This document shows, piece by piece, positions 50,357-63,710 of a stretch of 64,000 nucleotides of DNA (its first letter is position 1; every line of letters starts with the position of its first letter). Both the position numbers and the translations under genes were made by a program. The DNA lies in contig NC_068981.1 in the NCBI RefSeq assembly GCF_001194135.2, positions 166,570,544 to 166,634,543 of the forward strand, read 5' to 3'. The stretch comes from Octopus bimaculoides (lineage: Eukaryota). The notes below the pieces were generated by a model. The model made no database searches and was not told where the DNA came from. It saw only the letters and a list, made by a program, of their open reading frames with translations.

Positions 50357-50480
50357 CACACAATGGTCTTCCACACAATGGTCTTCCTCACAGTGAATTG
50401 GTCAGCTTTCGGTCATAGTAGACATTTGCCCAGTGTGTTGCTCAGATTTAGTTGCAAAACGAGCCTCTGCCTACACATAA
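50075..50480 (-). mobile_element. SINE family B, decayed
   Basis: TTTTACTTGTTTCAGTCATT tail, an internal (TA)n, and TCATAGTAGACATTTGCCC. Confidence 0.6.
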
Positions 50481-51589
50481 TCATATTATCCCATGTGTCC
50501 ACCCTTTTAAAAATTCTTTTAAGATGGTAGGGTATGTTTGAAGGAAATTTGGCTGCTATTTCTTAGTAAGCTGAAAAGCTGCATAATGGCTTCCTTATTT
50601 CTTTTTTTTTTTTAATCTTAAAATGGTAATTCAGTGGAGCTGAAGCCCATGAAAATGATTTCAAATTTGAAGAATAAATAAACTTTGTGAAACCAGATTG
50701 TTATGGTGTTTTAATATAGCTAGAATATCGGCAATTGATGCTAAAATCCAATAGTAAGCTATAAAGAATACAATGAGCATTTATAATTTATTTATAGAAA
50801 TGGTGTTGATAGCCATTTGAACAATAGTGGTTGCTGTCCTTGGTATGCCTATAATCTAGACAACAGGAAAAACATACGCTTTTATGCTTTCCATGGTTTT
50901 TATTGTAATGAAACTAGGAAAGTGTTAAGGTAGTGAATTGACAGAATCTGGACATGCTAACATGTCCAGATAAAATGTCTTGTGGTATTTTAGTTCAAAT
51001 CATGAAGTTCAATTTCACTTTCGTCCTTTCTGGATTGGCAAATAAAGTGGCAGTTTGCACAGGGATCAATTCCACAATCCACCCCTACCCACCCCACCAT
51101 TGCTCTCTCTCTTTCTCTTTCTCTCTCTCTCCCTCTCTCTCTCTCTCTCAAAATTAGCGGTAGATGACAAGATAGTGTCATGTAAAAATAATAACCAGAG
51201 GAAGGCAGCTGGAAACTACCTTTATATTCTCGTGTGAAAATTCCATGACATACACTGTGTATTTGCCAAAGAAATCGACGGGGGCCAGTCATTAATCTGA
51301 TGGCACAAGGAAGGAAGGAAAGTAGTGGAGTGACTAAAATAGCATAAAGCCTTGAACTAAATTCACTACAGTACTTTATTCTTTTAAAACATGATTTAAG
51401 TAAGTCCCACAAAGCATTTTGTACAGAGCTCTTGAACAGACACTGCTTTGCAGCCCTTTAAATTCTGAGTTCAAACCCTGCTAAATGAATTTTACCTTAC
51501 ATCCCTTGTACCAATCACACACTAGATTTGATATAATGAGCTATGCCTTCTCAAATTTCTGTCCTTGCACCTATTTAAATTGTTGTTGG

Positions 51590-52160
51590 GAAGGAAGAAG
51601 ACCATAGTTGAGTAACTGATCAACCCCATACACACACTTTATCATGGCAACACTCATATTCTTTTTTGCAAAGCTCTCACATCCACTTACTAGTGGGTCA
51701 CATTTTCCACACTCTTTCCACAGAGTCTGCATTTCTGGGTATCAGAAGTTTTATAGATGTTATACTTCACTGAATTGTTAGCAAGAGCCTGGTCTTGTGC
51801 AGCAATGATCAGGCTTTCAGTGGTACGCTTCAAATCACCTCGCTCAAGCCATGCCCACGATGCTGTATTATCCTTAACATCTTGTGTATTCCTTTCAAAC
51901 TGTCCATGCATTCTCATTTCAAGAAGGTCTTCTTTTCTCTTCCTTGCCCATCATTTCATCTGCATTTACACCCAAATCTTTTGCAGTATATTGTAGCAGG
52001 TCTTCATCACTATTTATCACATACTCGGAAAACATTCTCCTTTCACTCTTTATACAATGGTCTACACTAATTAGTCCTCTGCCACCATTCTTTCTTTTCA
52101 TATACAGTCTGTTTACGTTTGCTTTAGGGTGTAGCGTCCCATGCAGCGTCATCAACTTTG
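51590..52160 (-). mobile_element. R4/Dong-clade (RLE) non-LTR fragment: post-RT region plus CCHC knuckle
   Basis: LHPKANVNRLYMKRKNGGRGL..HGQF..SWAWLERGDLKRTTESLIIAAQDQAL..KCRLCGKSVENVTH(L)VSGC..HDKV. There are two frameshifts, and the 5' end abuts (AAT)n at 52161-52182. Confidence 0.85.
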
Positions 52161-52194
52161 TTATTATTATTATTATTATTATCTTCAATATGGT

Positions 52195-53585
52195 TGTAGA
52201 ATGGCAGAAATGATAATGTGCTGGAATAAATGCTTAGTAGTATTTATTTACATTCTTCCATATGCTGAACTCAGTCCTCCTGAGGTCATATTTGTCTGCC
52301 ATTATTCATAAATTAAACACCAGTAAAGTACTTGGATCAAATCAATTTAACCTCTCCCTTAAAGTTAGAAATAATTTATTATTATAAATAATAATAATAA
52401 TCCTTTCTACTATAGGCACAAAGCTTGAAATTTCAGGGGAGGCACAAAGCCTGAAATTTCAATTACATCAGCCCCAGTTTTCAACTGGTAACTTATTTTA
52501 TGAACCTCTAAAGAATGAAAGGCAAAGTCGACCTCAGCAGAATTTGAACTCAGAATGTAAAGATGTAAAATGACATTAAATAATAATGCTTAGCAGCATT
52601 TTGTCTGGCATACTAATGATTCCAGCAGCTTGCCATGTTATAATAATAATAATAATAGTAATAAGTCTCTTTCTTATAGGCAGAAGGCCTGAAATTTTGG
52701 TGGAGGGGTAAATTGATTTTATTGACCCCAGTGTTCAACTGGTACTTATTTTATCGACCCCAAAAGGATGAAAGGCAAAGTCAGCCTCAGTGAAATTTGA
52801 ATTCAAGAACACAAAGATAGACAAACTGTTTAGCAGCATTTTGTCTAGCATGCTAATGATTCCAGCCGCTTGCCATCTTATAATAATAATAATAATCCTT
52901 TCTATTATAGGTGCAAGGCCTGGATTTTTGTGGGGAGGGGGACAGTCAATTACATCGACCCCAGTACTTGACTGGTACTTAATTTATCAATCCCAGAAGG
53001 ATGAAAGGTAAAGTTGACCTCGATGGAATTTGAACTCAGAATGTAGCAACAGATGGAATACCGCTAATCATTTTGCCCAGCATGCTAACAATTTTGCCAG
53101 CTCATTACCTTTCTATTATAGGCACAGGGCTTGAGATTTTGTGGAAGAGGACTAGTCAATTACATTAACCTCAATACATGACAGGTATGTATTTTATCAA
53201 CCCTGAATGATGGACTAAGTCACCGTCAGTGTAATTTGAGTTCAGAATGGTTTCAAATTTTGGCACAGGGCCAACAGTTTTTGGGAGGAGGGGTAACTTG
53301 ATTACATCAATTCCAGTACTCAACTGGTACTTATTTGATCAATCCTGGAAGGATGAAAAGCAAAGTTGACTGCAGCAGAATTTGAACTCGGGACATAAAG
53401 AGTCAGAAGAAATGCTATGAAGAGTTATGTCCGAAAGGCTAATGATTCTGCCAGTTCGCCACCTTCTTAATAATAATATCTAACTTAGACATAAAGACCA
53501 CACTATGAGGAGGAGGAGAAGAATATGCTAATTTATAATTCATCCCAGTTCTTGAATAGTACTTATTTTATTGACCCGGGCAGAA
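52195..53585 (-). mobile_element. Array of SINE family C copies (five head-to-tail minus copies, one partial, one decayed plus copy)
   Basis: The units (AAT)nCCTTTCTA.TATAGG..TGAAATTT..CTGGTACTTA..GATGAAAGG.AAAGT..AATTTGAA start near 52389, 52640, 52880, 53109 and 53249. Confidence 0.9.
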
Positions 53586-54590
53586 TCCTTTGTTTCATCC
53601 TTCAACATTTTGTGTTCAGATTTCATCAAATTTGATTTTTATCATTTATCACTCGATGTAAGGGGTGAAATAAGATAAATGCTAGTAATATTCTGAATTC
53701 GATTTAGTTAACCATATTTCACATGTAAAAAGAAAAAAAATAGTAATTTTTATTACTATCATCATCATTAAAAATACGGTCTAATATCCATAATTTAGAT
53801 TTTTTTCTCAATTAAATGTGTTATTTATTATGATTTTTTTTAAAATTATCAATATTATTCTTATTAACATTATTTTATTTATTAGTATTATTATTTATTA
53901 TCATTATTAATTATTGTTGTGGTTATTATTATTAACATTATTATCATTATTATTATATATTTATAAATTTTTAAAAAATTATCACTCAGTTGTTAATTTT
54001 TGTTTGTAGCAATATTGTTATTTTATTTTTACTATAATGACTATTATTTTTTTTTTATTTTTTTTTTGCTCTGTATGTGTGTTTGGGTTTGTGTGTATAT
54101 GTTTATGTGTGTAGATGTGTGCATCTGTGTGTTTTGATTTATTCTTCCTCCTGTTTTCCTTACTGAAGAGGAATCCGTCATAACAATTTGCTTGTTGTAT
54201 CATCAGCTTATATCTGGGTCTAGTGCTTGGGAAAATCAATATCTATCACTTATTAAGCCCGAAGATATCTCTGCAAAATGAAAAGAGATAGGTATATGAA
54301 CAAGGGAGAGAGAGTGTGTGTATGTGTAAGAGAAAGACGGAGGCAAATAAAAAGAGAGAGAGAGAGATGGGGGAAATGTAAAGAGAGAGAGAAAGAGATA
54401 GAGAGATGAGAGAGACCAGTGAGGAGTGCTGCTGTTGATGCTGAATATTACTGCATCAAGATCAGCAAGCTACCACGACAGTTATGACTGCTACTTGCTG
54501 CCACTGTTGCAGGCCTTCTTTAACAGAATGCCACTCTATGTGAAAGCGGTTCTTTGACAGTGATGTCGCAAACATTATTGTAGCATATAT

Positions 54591-54592
<2 letters not shown>

Positions 54593-54685
<93 letters not shown>

Positions 54686-54730
54686 AACATACATATATAA
54701 ACGTGTGTCTGTATGTGTGTATATATATAT
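54593..54730. repeat. (TA)n-rich microsatellite
   Basis: Direct reading. Confidence 0.95.
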
Positions 54731-55326
54731 ACACACACACGCACAAACACATATATATGCTTGTTTACTACGCACACCTACATATTCATCTACACAATCT
54801 ATGTAAAATGTATATGTTATTACTGTTTCTTCAAACAAGTGATGTGACACTTGTTTCAATTAGATAAGGGTTTTCTGTTTACTAACTTGCTATGGACTAG
54901 TATTATTGCCAACCTGTACTGTCTTGATTGCTGTACACTAGATATCTACCTGACAGTAAGTTTTCTTTTAATATAATAATAATAATTGTTATTATTTCCA
55001 TTATTGCTTGTTTATTTGGTATAATTTCATCCTCCTTTCACAGTTTAGAGTAACCCAATGCTATATCGATATATTTTCCATGCTGTCATCGAAATCAATT
55101 CTAAACCAGCTATTCTCAGTTTGTGTTATAGAAATATTTTGTTTGCTGGTATTTACTTGCATTTTTGCTATATTCTTTATCCCTATTGTTTGATTGTTTT
55201 TCTGGGGGTGGTTTTGTTTTCTTTTTTGTTTTGTTCATCAGTGCAACTTTAACTTTCTCTCATCTTCGTCTGTTACATAAAGAACCCTCTGCATACTTCT
55301 CTCCTTCTCAGATCTCTGAATTCAAT

Positions 55327-55381
<55 letters not shown>

Positions 55382-56659
55382 GTATTTACATTTAATGTTT
55401 TACCAGAGTTATAGATATGAACATATAAGGAAGCTCCTTAAAATATGCACTAAGACATATTCAAATATGTAGTTGGTATCCATACACACTATTAGCTTTA
55501 ATTTGTTTTTTAATGGGTAGGCCATATCTTTTTGTTTTCTGGTTTTGCTTTGTTTTATTGTGTTTTATTATTTTACACCATGGTGTCTATTTTCAGTTTT
55601 CTAGTGCATAATCAATAAAAATTAAATCTCAAAGATAGTAGGTTTATCTTAAATGTAGAGTTTATAGGCTGAAGGGAATTGTAGTTGAAGAAGAGAGAAA
55701 GAAAAAAACATGTATAGTATTCATAAAAGCAATGCTGTAGTCAAAGACATTGATCTGTAGCAATATCTCCCACCCCCATTACAAACACTAAAGAATTATG
55801 AGAGCTTTTGCGAATAATGGAATATTTCTCTCTATTATTGTTTTCTTCCACCATCTCTAGGTTAGTTTCCTAGTCTAATGTCATGATTTAGAGAAAAACA
55901 GATTAAAAGAGCTACTGTGTCATTTGAAACATTCATTTATACATAAATTTCTCTTTGATTTTTCTATTTCTTTTGTTTACCACTACGTTTGATATCAATT
56001 CTTAATGTTTACAGTTCACTTAACTGCTTTCACTGGAAAAAAATATATATAATCATATTTCATTCAAGACTTCTGACCCTACCATAATAATAATAATAAT
56101 AATAATAATATAATATAATATAATATAATAACAACAACATCAAGTCAAGTCTTTCTAAACCTTTTATATTAAAAGTGAAAAAGGCAGAAATTTAAAATAG
56201 AAAATTATTAGTCTGTTAACTTTTTTTTATTATTCTCTTAAACCTAATAAAGTCCTCATAATACTGTACCAAAATGCTCATGTGACCGATAAAATTACCC
56301 TTCCCAAAAGTTACCATATTCCAAAATTTAATAGAACCACCCAAAGTCTTCAATTACCAATTTCATAGTATTTATAAATATAAAAAAATAGCTGACTAAA
56401 GTGAGTTATTTTGAATTCACATTGATGATCATTGGTGATTTTTATTGTTGCGAACTGATCAGTTGCATAAATTGATTAGATTTTATTATAGTTATTTCGT
56501 TTAGTGTTATTGTTTCCATCTGGCTCTACATACTTTGGTTCATTTTGTCTTTTATTTGTTGCTTCTTATTACCCTTTCGATGAAGCTGCATCAGTTACTT
56601 TATGTCAAGAGGGCATAAGGCTTTGGTTATAAAGAAACAAAGCTTCAAGCTAATGAAGG

Positions 56660-56830
56660 AGCCTCTATGTGGTTGCTCAACCTAATAGCAGCCAAATCAC
56701 CCTCAAATCACCAACCTAAAAAAAGTGAAGGAAATATTGAACAATATAGTCTCTGATATATAAATAAAAGAATTGATAATCACAAGTAGAATGCCTTTGA
56801 TCATAAATCAGGGCTAAAGGTAACCAACAA
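56660..56830 (-). repeat. Family D repeat
   Basis: AATAGCAGCCAAATCACCCTCAAATCAC..ATGCCTTTGATCATA..CAGGGCTAAA. Confidence 0.6.
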
Positions 56831-58129
56831 CAAAAATTGTAAGACTTATAATTACCAACTTATGTAATAAATTAGTGTGATTTATGTTATTATTTAATAC
56901 TTGTACATAATAAAGAAAGAATATCTATGGATTTTCATAAACCATTATATAACATTATACACTTCTTTATTCATCTAAAATTGTCAAATTACCAAAATAA
57001 GCATTCTTAAAAATATAAATAATCATTCCAAAATAAACATTCTCAAACAACCATACCTCCTTTAACATGACTGATCAAGTGTCATTGTTATGTTAAGCCT
57101 ATCCGGTTTATTATATTTCTTCTTATTTACCGTCTCTTAAGCATTAGCTAGTGTCAGTTCATATTCCATAATTGATATATGATTTGAAACAGTAGCTTTA
57201 GGATTCTACTAAAGCTACTAAATATATGCAAGAATTAAGCCCAGTTATTAAACTGCTAATTAGTGCACAATAATTTTCAAATATCAAAGTTCTAAAATTT
57301 TGAACTTTCTTCTATCATATCTAACTGATTTGTCTCCAACCAGACTGTAAACAGTGTTGAATAGAAAGTACTTATTCTTAACATCAATGTTAGGATGCTA
57401 CCATACTTTGAAAGGTAGTCTTTCTTTATGTGCTTCCAAAAGAATTACTATTGTATTGTTGCATGTAAGAATAATATATATTGACATATACAGAGAGAGA
57501 CAAGAAGACTGAAGAATACTTTCAGGAAGTAAATAAAAACTTAAAAACAGCCATGATTATTTTCATCAGAGTTGTAGATTTAATACAACAGATTATTACA
57601 ATGAAAAATCAGTACACTAACTAGCTATGGTGTGCTGAATAAAAAATACTAGACTAAATAGTATAAATAATTCAAACCGCAAAGGTGGAAAATAAGGGAG
57701 AAATAAGGGCAAAATTTAAGATGTATATGGCAATTCCTCTACTCTAAGAAAATATTGATTCCAAAAATCAAACCACCAGATAGCAGAACTGTGGCTTCCT
57801 GAATTATATGAAAGTATCCTGTCTTGGAAAGTAGCTACTCTAAAAATAAACCACTGCATAATATGTATGATTAAATAGAAATAGCTCTATTTTATGGGGA
57901 GAAAATCTCATTAATACTGTGGCCACCATAAACATTACCATTGTTATTCCTTCTTTCCCACCACCATTACCATCTCATAATAAACTTAGTAATTTTCAGT
58001 ATAGGCACTGTACATTATTATATGAGAACTTTGTCATAAGTTTTGTGTATATTGTTTGTTGATATTAGTGATATCATGAGAATGATATCAACAACTGTTG
58101 AATTACAAACAACTTATACTGCAGTAATG

Positions 58130-58320
58130 TCAAATCAATAAGGGATTCTCAACATGGTTGCTCAACTTGTTAAAATTAGTAGTAAAATCACCCTGAAATT
58201 ATATATCGCCATCTCTGGGGAAAAAAAAAAAATCAGGATACACTAGATGTCTGAAAAGATAGGCTGGTCATGATTTATAGCTACATTTGTTCAGGAATGA
58301 CTTGGGGTTTAAATAGCAAC
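58130..58320 (-). repeat. Family D repeat, decayed
   Basis: CACCCTGAAAT..GCTGGTCATGA..GACTTGGGGTTTAAATAGCAAC. Confidence 0.45.
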
Positions 58321-59091
58321 TGCAATAATGTATTTAAAACTATGTTCTATCACTTTTGTTTATTTTTTTACCTACACCACAGACAACCTCTTAAGTTACA
58401 TGTAATGATGAATTCTGACACTTACCCACACTGAGAACAACAATACAGTGGACTCTGTGGTAATGTAGTAAATAGACAATCAAAGAAAAATATATGTGCT
58501 GCATTGGGAATATGTTAGTGTATAGTAATAAAACTTGTATGACAGAATAGAGGGATCATAAGTTTTATAAAGTGGTAAGTTCCAGTGATATAGTGATTGC
58601 TATATCAGCTCTCAAAAATGCAGAGGATGCTAACCTTTTAACTGAAGATATGCTCAAACAAATGTTAATAGTTTCAAATAGCATGCTTTAAAATTTAATA
58701 AATTATCATTGGTAGAATTTAAAATCTTTAGCTTAGCTTATTATAAAATTCTAATGGTATGTTAGGCTATATTTCAGAGTTAGGAGGAACAGCATAAGGG
58801 TTGGTGTGGGTTGGACACAGCTGAAGAGGAGTAGAAAAGAAAGAAGTTACAGTCAACAGAGGAACATTGAAATTGACAAGAAGTGATAGGAAAATGGTAA
58901 AGATGATAAAAGTTATGTAGTTGACAGACACAATACAGGACACATACTTACATACAATCATTTGCTCATCACACACAGATATAACTACGGTTTAATTAGA
59001 AGGATAAACTTGATAAGCATTTGGTAGGGGGAGGTAAGGAAATCGTAAATTTACATAGCCACATATATTTGTATCCATGTGTGTTTGTGTG

Positions 59092-59137
<46 letters not shown>

Positions 59138-59509
59138 TAATAGTAAATGTTTATTTGATGGTTCACTGTTACAATTCACTTCTCAAAGCATGTTTATGAT
59201 ATTGACTAAACAAACCTATTAAACTAGCATTTACATATATTTGTATCTATATATATAAACAGACAGATATGCAGGGCCTCTAGAAGTTTTGCAAGGTGGA
59301 ACAAGACTGGTTTTAGGCCCCCATTAAACATTCACTGACCCTTCCTTGGTTCTTTGGCTCCCAGACCAATATATCAGCTGAACCTGTCTCTTCTGGCTAC
59401 CTTGGTACAAATAAAAATTTATAGTCTGGATATAAGGCCTGTAGTTTCTCATTAGCTTCCTATAGCTGTTCTGCTTTTCTCCAATTTTTATGAAATATTC
59501 ACTCCCACT

Positions 59510-59830
59510 AAATAGCTAACCTCTGCAGTAGTGCAGGCTTATTGTATTAGCATGGGATTGCTGTTTATATTGGAATATTCCACCAGTATTCCTCTTTTTT
59601 AAAGATATGGCTACATTTTGGTCTGGAGTACCTTTCGAAGGGTCATAGAAACAATCCTTCTTGCAGATAGCACTGTAAGTGGTTTTAGCGACAATGTTGT
59701 GTCTCATAAGAAGGTAGTACCTTGCAGGTATTCTTGAACAGCTGCCGATGATGTGGGTGATAATTCCTATTCTGGCACAATTGACAATCACCTTGTATCA
59801 TGATGTAGAGACTTAGAGGCTTCCTTATTG
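59510..59830 (-). mobile_element. R4/Dong-clade fragment: CCHC knuckle to start of RLE
   Basis: C..ITHIIGSCSRIPARYYLLMRHNIVAKTTYSAICKK, then in another frame KEYWWNIPI*TAIPC*YNKP (just before the PD motif). Confidence 0.75.
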
Positions 59831-60252
59831 ATGAAGTGTTTAGTGGCTATCTTCTATTTCTAAATAGCAAAGGTGTAGCCTTCTAGGTAACATGTAATAT
59901 ATCCACCACGGATTTAGGACAAGCTACATTTCCTATCAATGTTACTACATGTGTGTGTGTGTGTGAATGTATGACTGCATGTGTGTGTGAATGTATGAAT
60001 GCATGTGTGTGTGTGAATGTATGACTGAATGTGTGTGTGTGTGTGTGTGTATGACTGAGTGAGTATGTATACATGTATGTATTGTCCTAACACAAGCTTC
60101 AAAGTGAGAGTGAAGAATGACATCAAAATAGGAGAAACACCGAAAATTAACAAATGGTAGTGGCCGAGTAAACAAACAGTAGTTGTAGGTAGTTGTTCAA
60201 TCAGCTAGCCTTATAGATAAATATATATCTGTCTGTATGAACAGAGATGTGT

Positions 60253-60309
<57 letters not shown>
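60253..60309. repeat. (CA)n microsatellite
   Basis: Direct reading. Confidence 0.95.
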
Positions 60310-60312
<3 letters not shown>

Positions 60313-60533
60313 GCATACACATGTTATTACACACAGGATACATATAATGACACGAAATATACACCTACTCACATAAACAGACTCTTCTCTTGCTCACACA
60401 GATGCATGCGCATACATACATATAGACATACACACATACATACATATATACATATAGAGTATCAGACAAAATGTTTTGTGGTCTGGGCTTTTCATATTCT
60501 GGATTCTCAAATGACCACTCTAACCAACAACTC

Positions 60534-60535
60534 TG

Positions 60536-60600
<65 letters not shown>

Positions 60601-60622
60601 TTATCTATCTATCTATCTATCT
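60534..60622. repeat. (CT)n followed by (TATC)n
   Basis: Direct reading. Confidence 0.95.
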
Positions 60623-61124
60623 AACAAATACTAGGCATTGCCTGGGGTAAAAACTCAGAGAATTAACCTAGTGAATCAACAGTTGCAGGAACTGTTTTCT
60701 ATCCCAAAGAAAATGTGAACTGCCCTGGTGAGTTTCATACTCAAGTTCCCTTACATCTTATAACATAAATATGTGTGCGTGTTTCAGACATTTTTCGAGG
60801 GGTTTAAAGCATTGAAGATAATGATATTTTGCAAATAGAAACTTTGTTTTCAAATTTTTCCATTCTTCCCCTCTCTGTTGAGCAAGATGCAACCAGTCAT
60901 AACATTTTCATTTTCAAATTGTTTTTTAAACAGAATTTTGTTTTAAATGTAGATGATTATAATTTTGCAAAAGAAAAAAAAAAAAATAAGATTGAGGTTT
61001 AGGATCAGGGATTATGGATTAGTATTGTAGGGCAAGGTTAAGTTATAGAAAGTTGGGATTTGGGTTAAGGGTTTGAATGAAGAAGGGGTATTCAAAACAT
61101 TCCTTTTTTTTCTTTTCACTTGTT

Positions 61125-61320
61125 TTAGTCATTAGTCTGTAGCCATGCTAGACCACCATCTTGAAGGTGGTTGAACAAATTGACCCTACTACTTTTTCTT
61201 TTTAAAGTCTAATACTTATTCTTTCATTCTCTTTTGCCAAAATGTTAAGTTATAGAGATGTAAATAAACTAACACCAGTTGTCAAATGATGGTGGAGAGC
61301 AAACACACACAAACACACAT
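61125..61320 (-). mobile_element. SINE family B 3' half
   Basis: TTGTTTTAGTCATTAG..TTGACCC..CTTTTGCCAAAA..AACTAACACCAGTTGTCAA. Confidence 0.6.
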
Positions 61321-61540
61321 ATATATGTGAGTTTGGAGGGACATATTACCCAAGTGGGTAGTGTGGTGGCTCTCAGTTATCTTCCAGGTTACAGCTAGCC
61401 ACGTTGATCAGTATTTAATGTCTGTGACTACTATTAGTTGACAGTCACTCAGTAAATTCCTTTAATCAGTAATTGTAAAATAAGAGGAAAGAAATTTTGA
61501 GGATGAACAAGTCTCCAGTTCTACATCATTATAATTATTG

Positions 61541-61619
<79 letters not shown>

Positions 61620-61623
<4 letters not shown>

Positions 61624-61778
61624 CAGATTTCTTTCAGTCTCTGTCTATCAAATCCACAAAGGCTTTGGTTAGCCCAAAACTGTAGTAGAAAAAACACTTG
61701 CCCAGAGCACCATGGAATGGGACTAAACCCAGAACCATGTGGTTGGGAAGCAGACTATTTACAACAGAACCACACCTG
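61620..61778 (-). mobile_element. SINE family B 5' half
   Basis: TTTCTTTCAGTCTC..GGCTTTGGTTAGCCC..GGGACTAAACCCAGAACCATGTGGTTGGGAAGC. Confidence 0.75.
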
Positions 61779-61800
61779 CACCTTTGCAGAATTGTAATCT

Positions 61801-61818
61801 NNNNNNNNNNNNNNNNNN
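61801..61818. other. Assembly gap (18 N)
   Basis: N run. Confidence 1.
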
Positions 61819-62033
61819 AAAGAATTTCTAACAAAAATATTATGTGGTATACTTAGTCTGATACTATTGTTTGTCCACAATCTTTATAATTTAAGTAAGA
61901 TATGTTACAACATTAATGTCACTTCCCAGTTTTCAGCCTGAGCAGCACTGAGTATTTCAGCTAACATCCTCTAAATACTGGCCCATCATGTGTACTTTTG
62001 AATGAAATATCTCTGATTTATATATGTGAGAGA

Positions 62034-62034
<1 letters not shown>

Positions 62035-62092
<58 letters not shown>

Positions 62093-62131
62093 AACACAAA
62101 CACAAACACAAACACAAACACACACACACAC
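62035..62131. repeat. (CA)n/(CAAACA)n microsatellite
   Basis: Direct reading. Confidence 0.95.
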
Positions 62132-62536
62132 ATATATATATATGACTCATCAAATGTGTACACCAGAAGCATGTGTGGACATTAAGAATGTCTGAGATGC
62201 AGTAATATTAATTGAATTGTAAATTGACAACAAATAATGATAAATAGTTGAACAAATGTTGCGTAGCAGGTGCTAGCTTAAGTAGATATAAAGGTGCAGA
62301 AGCAGGTTCGATAAGACCCAAGAGAATATGAGAGTGATAGGGCAAAATAGCCAAACAAAAAATAAAATTATAGCAATCTCAACAACTGCTAAGCTAATAA
62401 TAGTGGGAAAGAAAATAAATGAAACAAAATAATGTGGAAGGTACTGAAAAGCAAGCATGCCAAGCCACTTTGAACATATTCAACGAATCAAATGTTACTG
62501 TTTTACTATTAAGAAAAGAGTATTCATATGGACTGC

Positions 62537-62539
<3 letters not shown>

Positions 62540-62567
<28 letters not shown>

Positions 62568-62763
62568 NNNNNNNNNNNNNNNNNNNNNNNNNNNNNNNNN
62601 NNNNNNNNNNNNNNNNNNNNNNNNNNNNNNNNNNNNNNNNNNNNNNNNNNNNNNNNNNNNNNNNNNNNNNNNNNNNNNNNNNNNNNNNNNNNNNNNNNNN
62701 NNNNNNNNNNNNNNNNNNNNNNNNNNNNNNNNNNNNNNNNNNNNNNNNNGTGTGTGTGTGTGT
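62540..62763. repeat. (GA)n - gap (62568-62749) - (GT)n
   Basis: Direct reading. Confidence 0.95.
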
Positions 62764-63710
62764 TGTATTTGGCTCAAGTTGTACTGATTAACTCTAACAT
62801 TTTCTTGCAGCCTGCAGATCAACTGCATTTAAGAATTAGTTTCTGTCCAATTGCCAATATACAATCCTAAATATTTTCTTTGTGTTTGATATCAAATGAG
62901 TATTCAAGTCATTGAAAATTTTTATTTAAAACTTTTCAGAAAATGCAGAGAGAAAGAGTGGGGGTAAAAATAAATGTGTGTACATTGTTTTTTTTTTGTT
63001 TTTTTTGTTTTTTTTTTTGCTAGTTTATAATCAGAGTTATGCTTTGAAAACAAAACCAGTTCTGATTATAAACCTAAAACTGTTTATCATAGAAAATGCT
63101 CCGAATTTCCTGCATGCCAAAACAAATAATAAATCATTTCACAGCTCTTTGCTTGTGACTCCAGTGTTGATTTGTTGATCTACTATGTGTTGATTATTGA
63201 CCTAACAGGTTGCTAATGTTGTTAATTAGCCCCTAGTCAGCTCTGATTGAGTTGAGTATTATTGGGGAGTTGTCAGATGAATGTGTGGTGATCACTTACA
63301 GGATTATTAAAGCACATTAAGTTCCATGGAACCTTTCCCATTCTGATTTCTTTATATGTTGAGTTGGTTTTAGAATGATGTAGAGCTTAGAGCTTGTAAT
63401 TTTGGCAAGCACTACATTATGAGGATTTTGTAGAGACATTTCTGCTGTCACATTATTTAAATGACTCATAAGTTATTTCATTGATGTTGATGTTACTATT
63501 GTTGAAATAATTCCTATTAGTCCTGTTGTTAATAAAACAAGACAGGAAATTCTCAGATGGTAATGCTGTTTTGTCAGCACAGAGGAAAAAATGGTAACTA
63601 ATGCTCAAAGAATTTAACTGGCTGAAATTCATCAGCAACTTGTTAATTGTTTGGATTATTAGTGATGTTATTCAAGACTCTAAAGAGAGAGCATCAAACC
63701 TTATAAAAAA

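Noticed and set aside
58780-58895. Purine-rich phase-2 open frame VRRNSIRVGVGWTQLKRSRKERSYSQQRNIEIDKK* as a terminal exon
   Set aside because: The acceptor is weak, it does not complete the CUE fold, and I recognise no homology.
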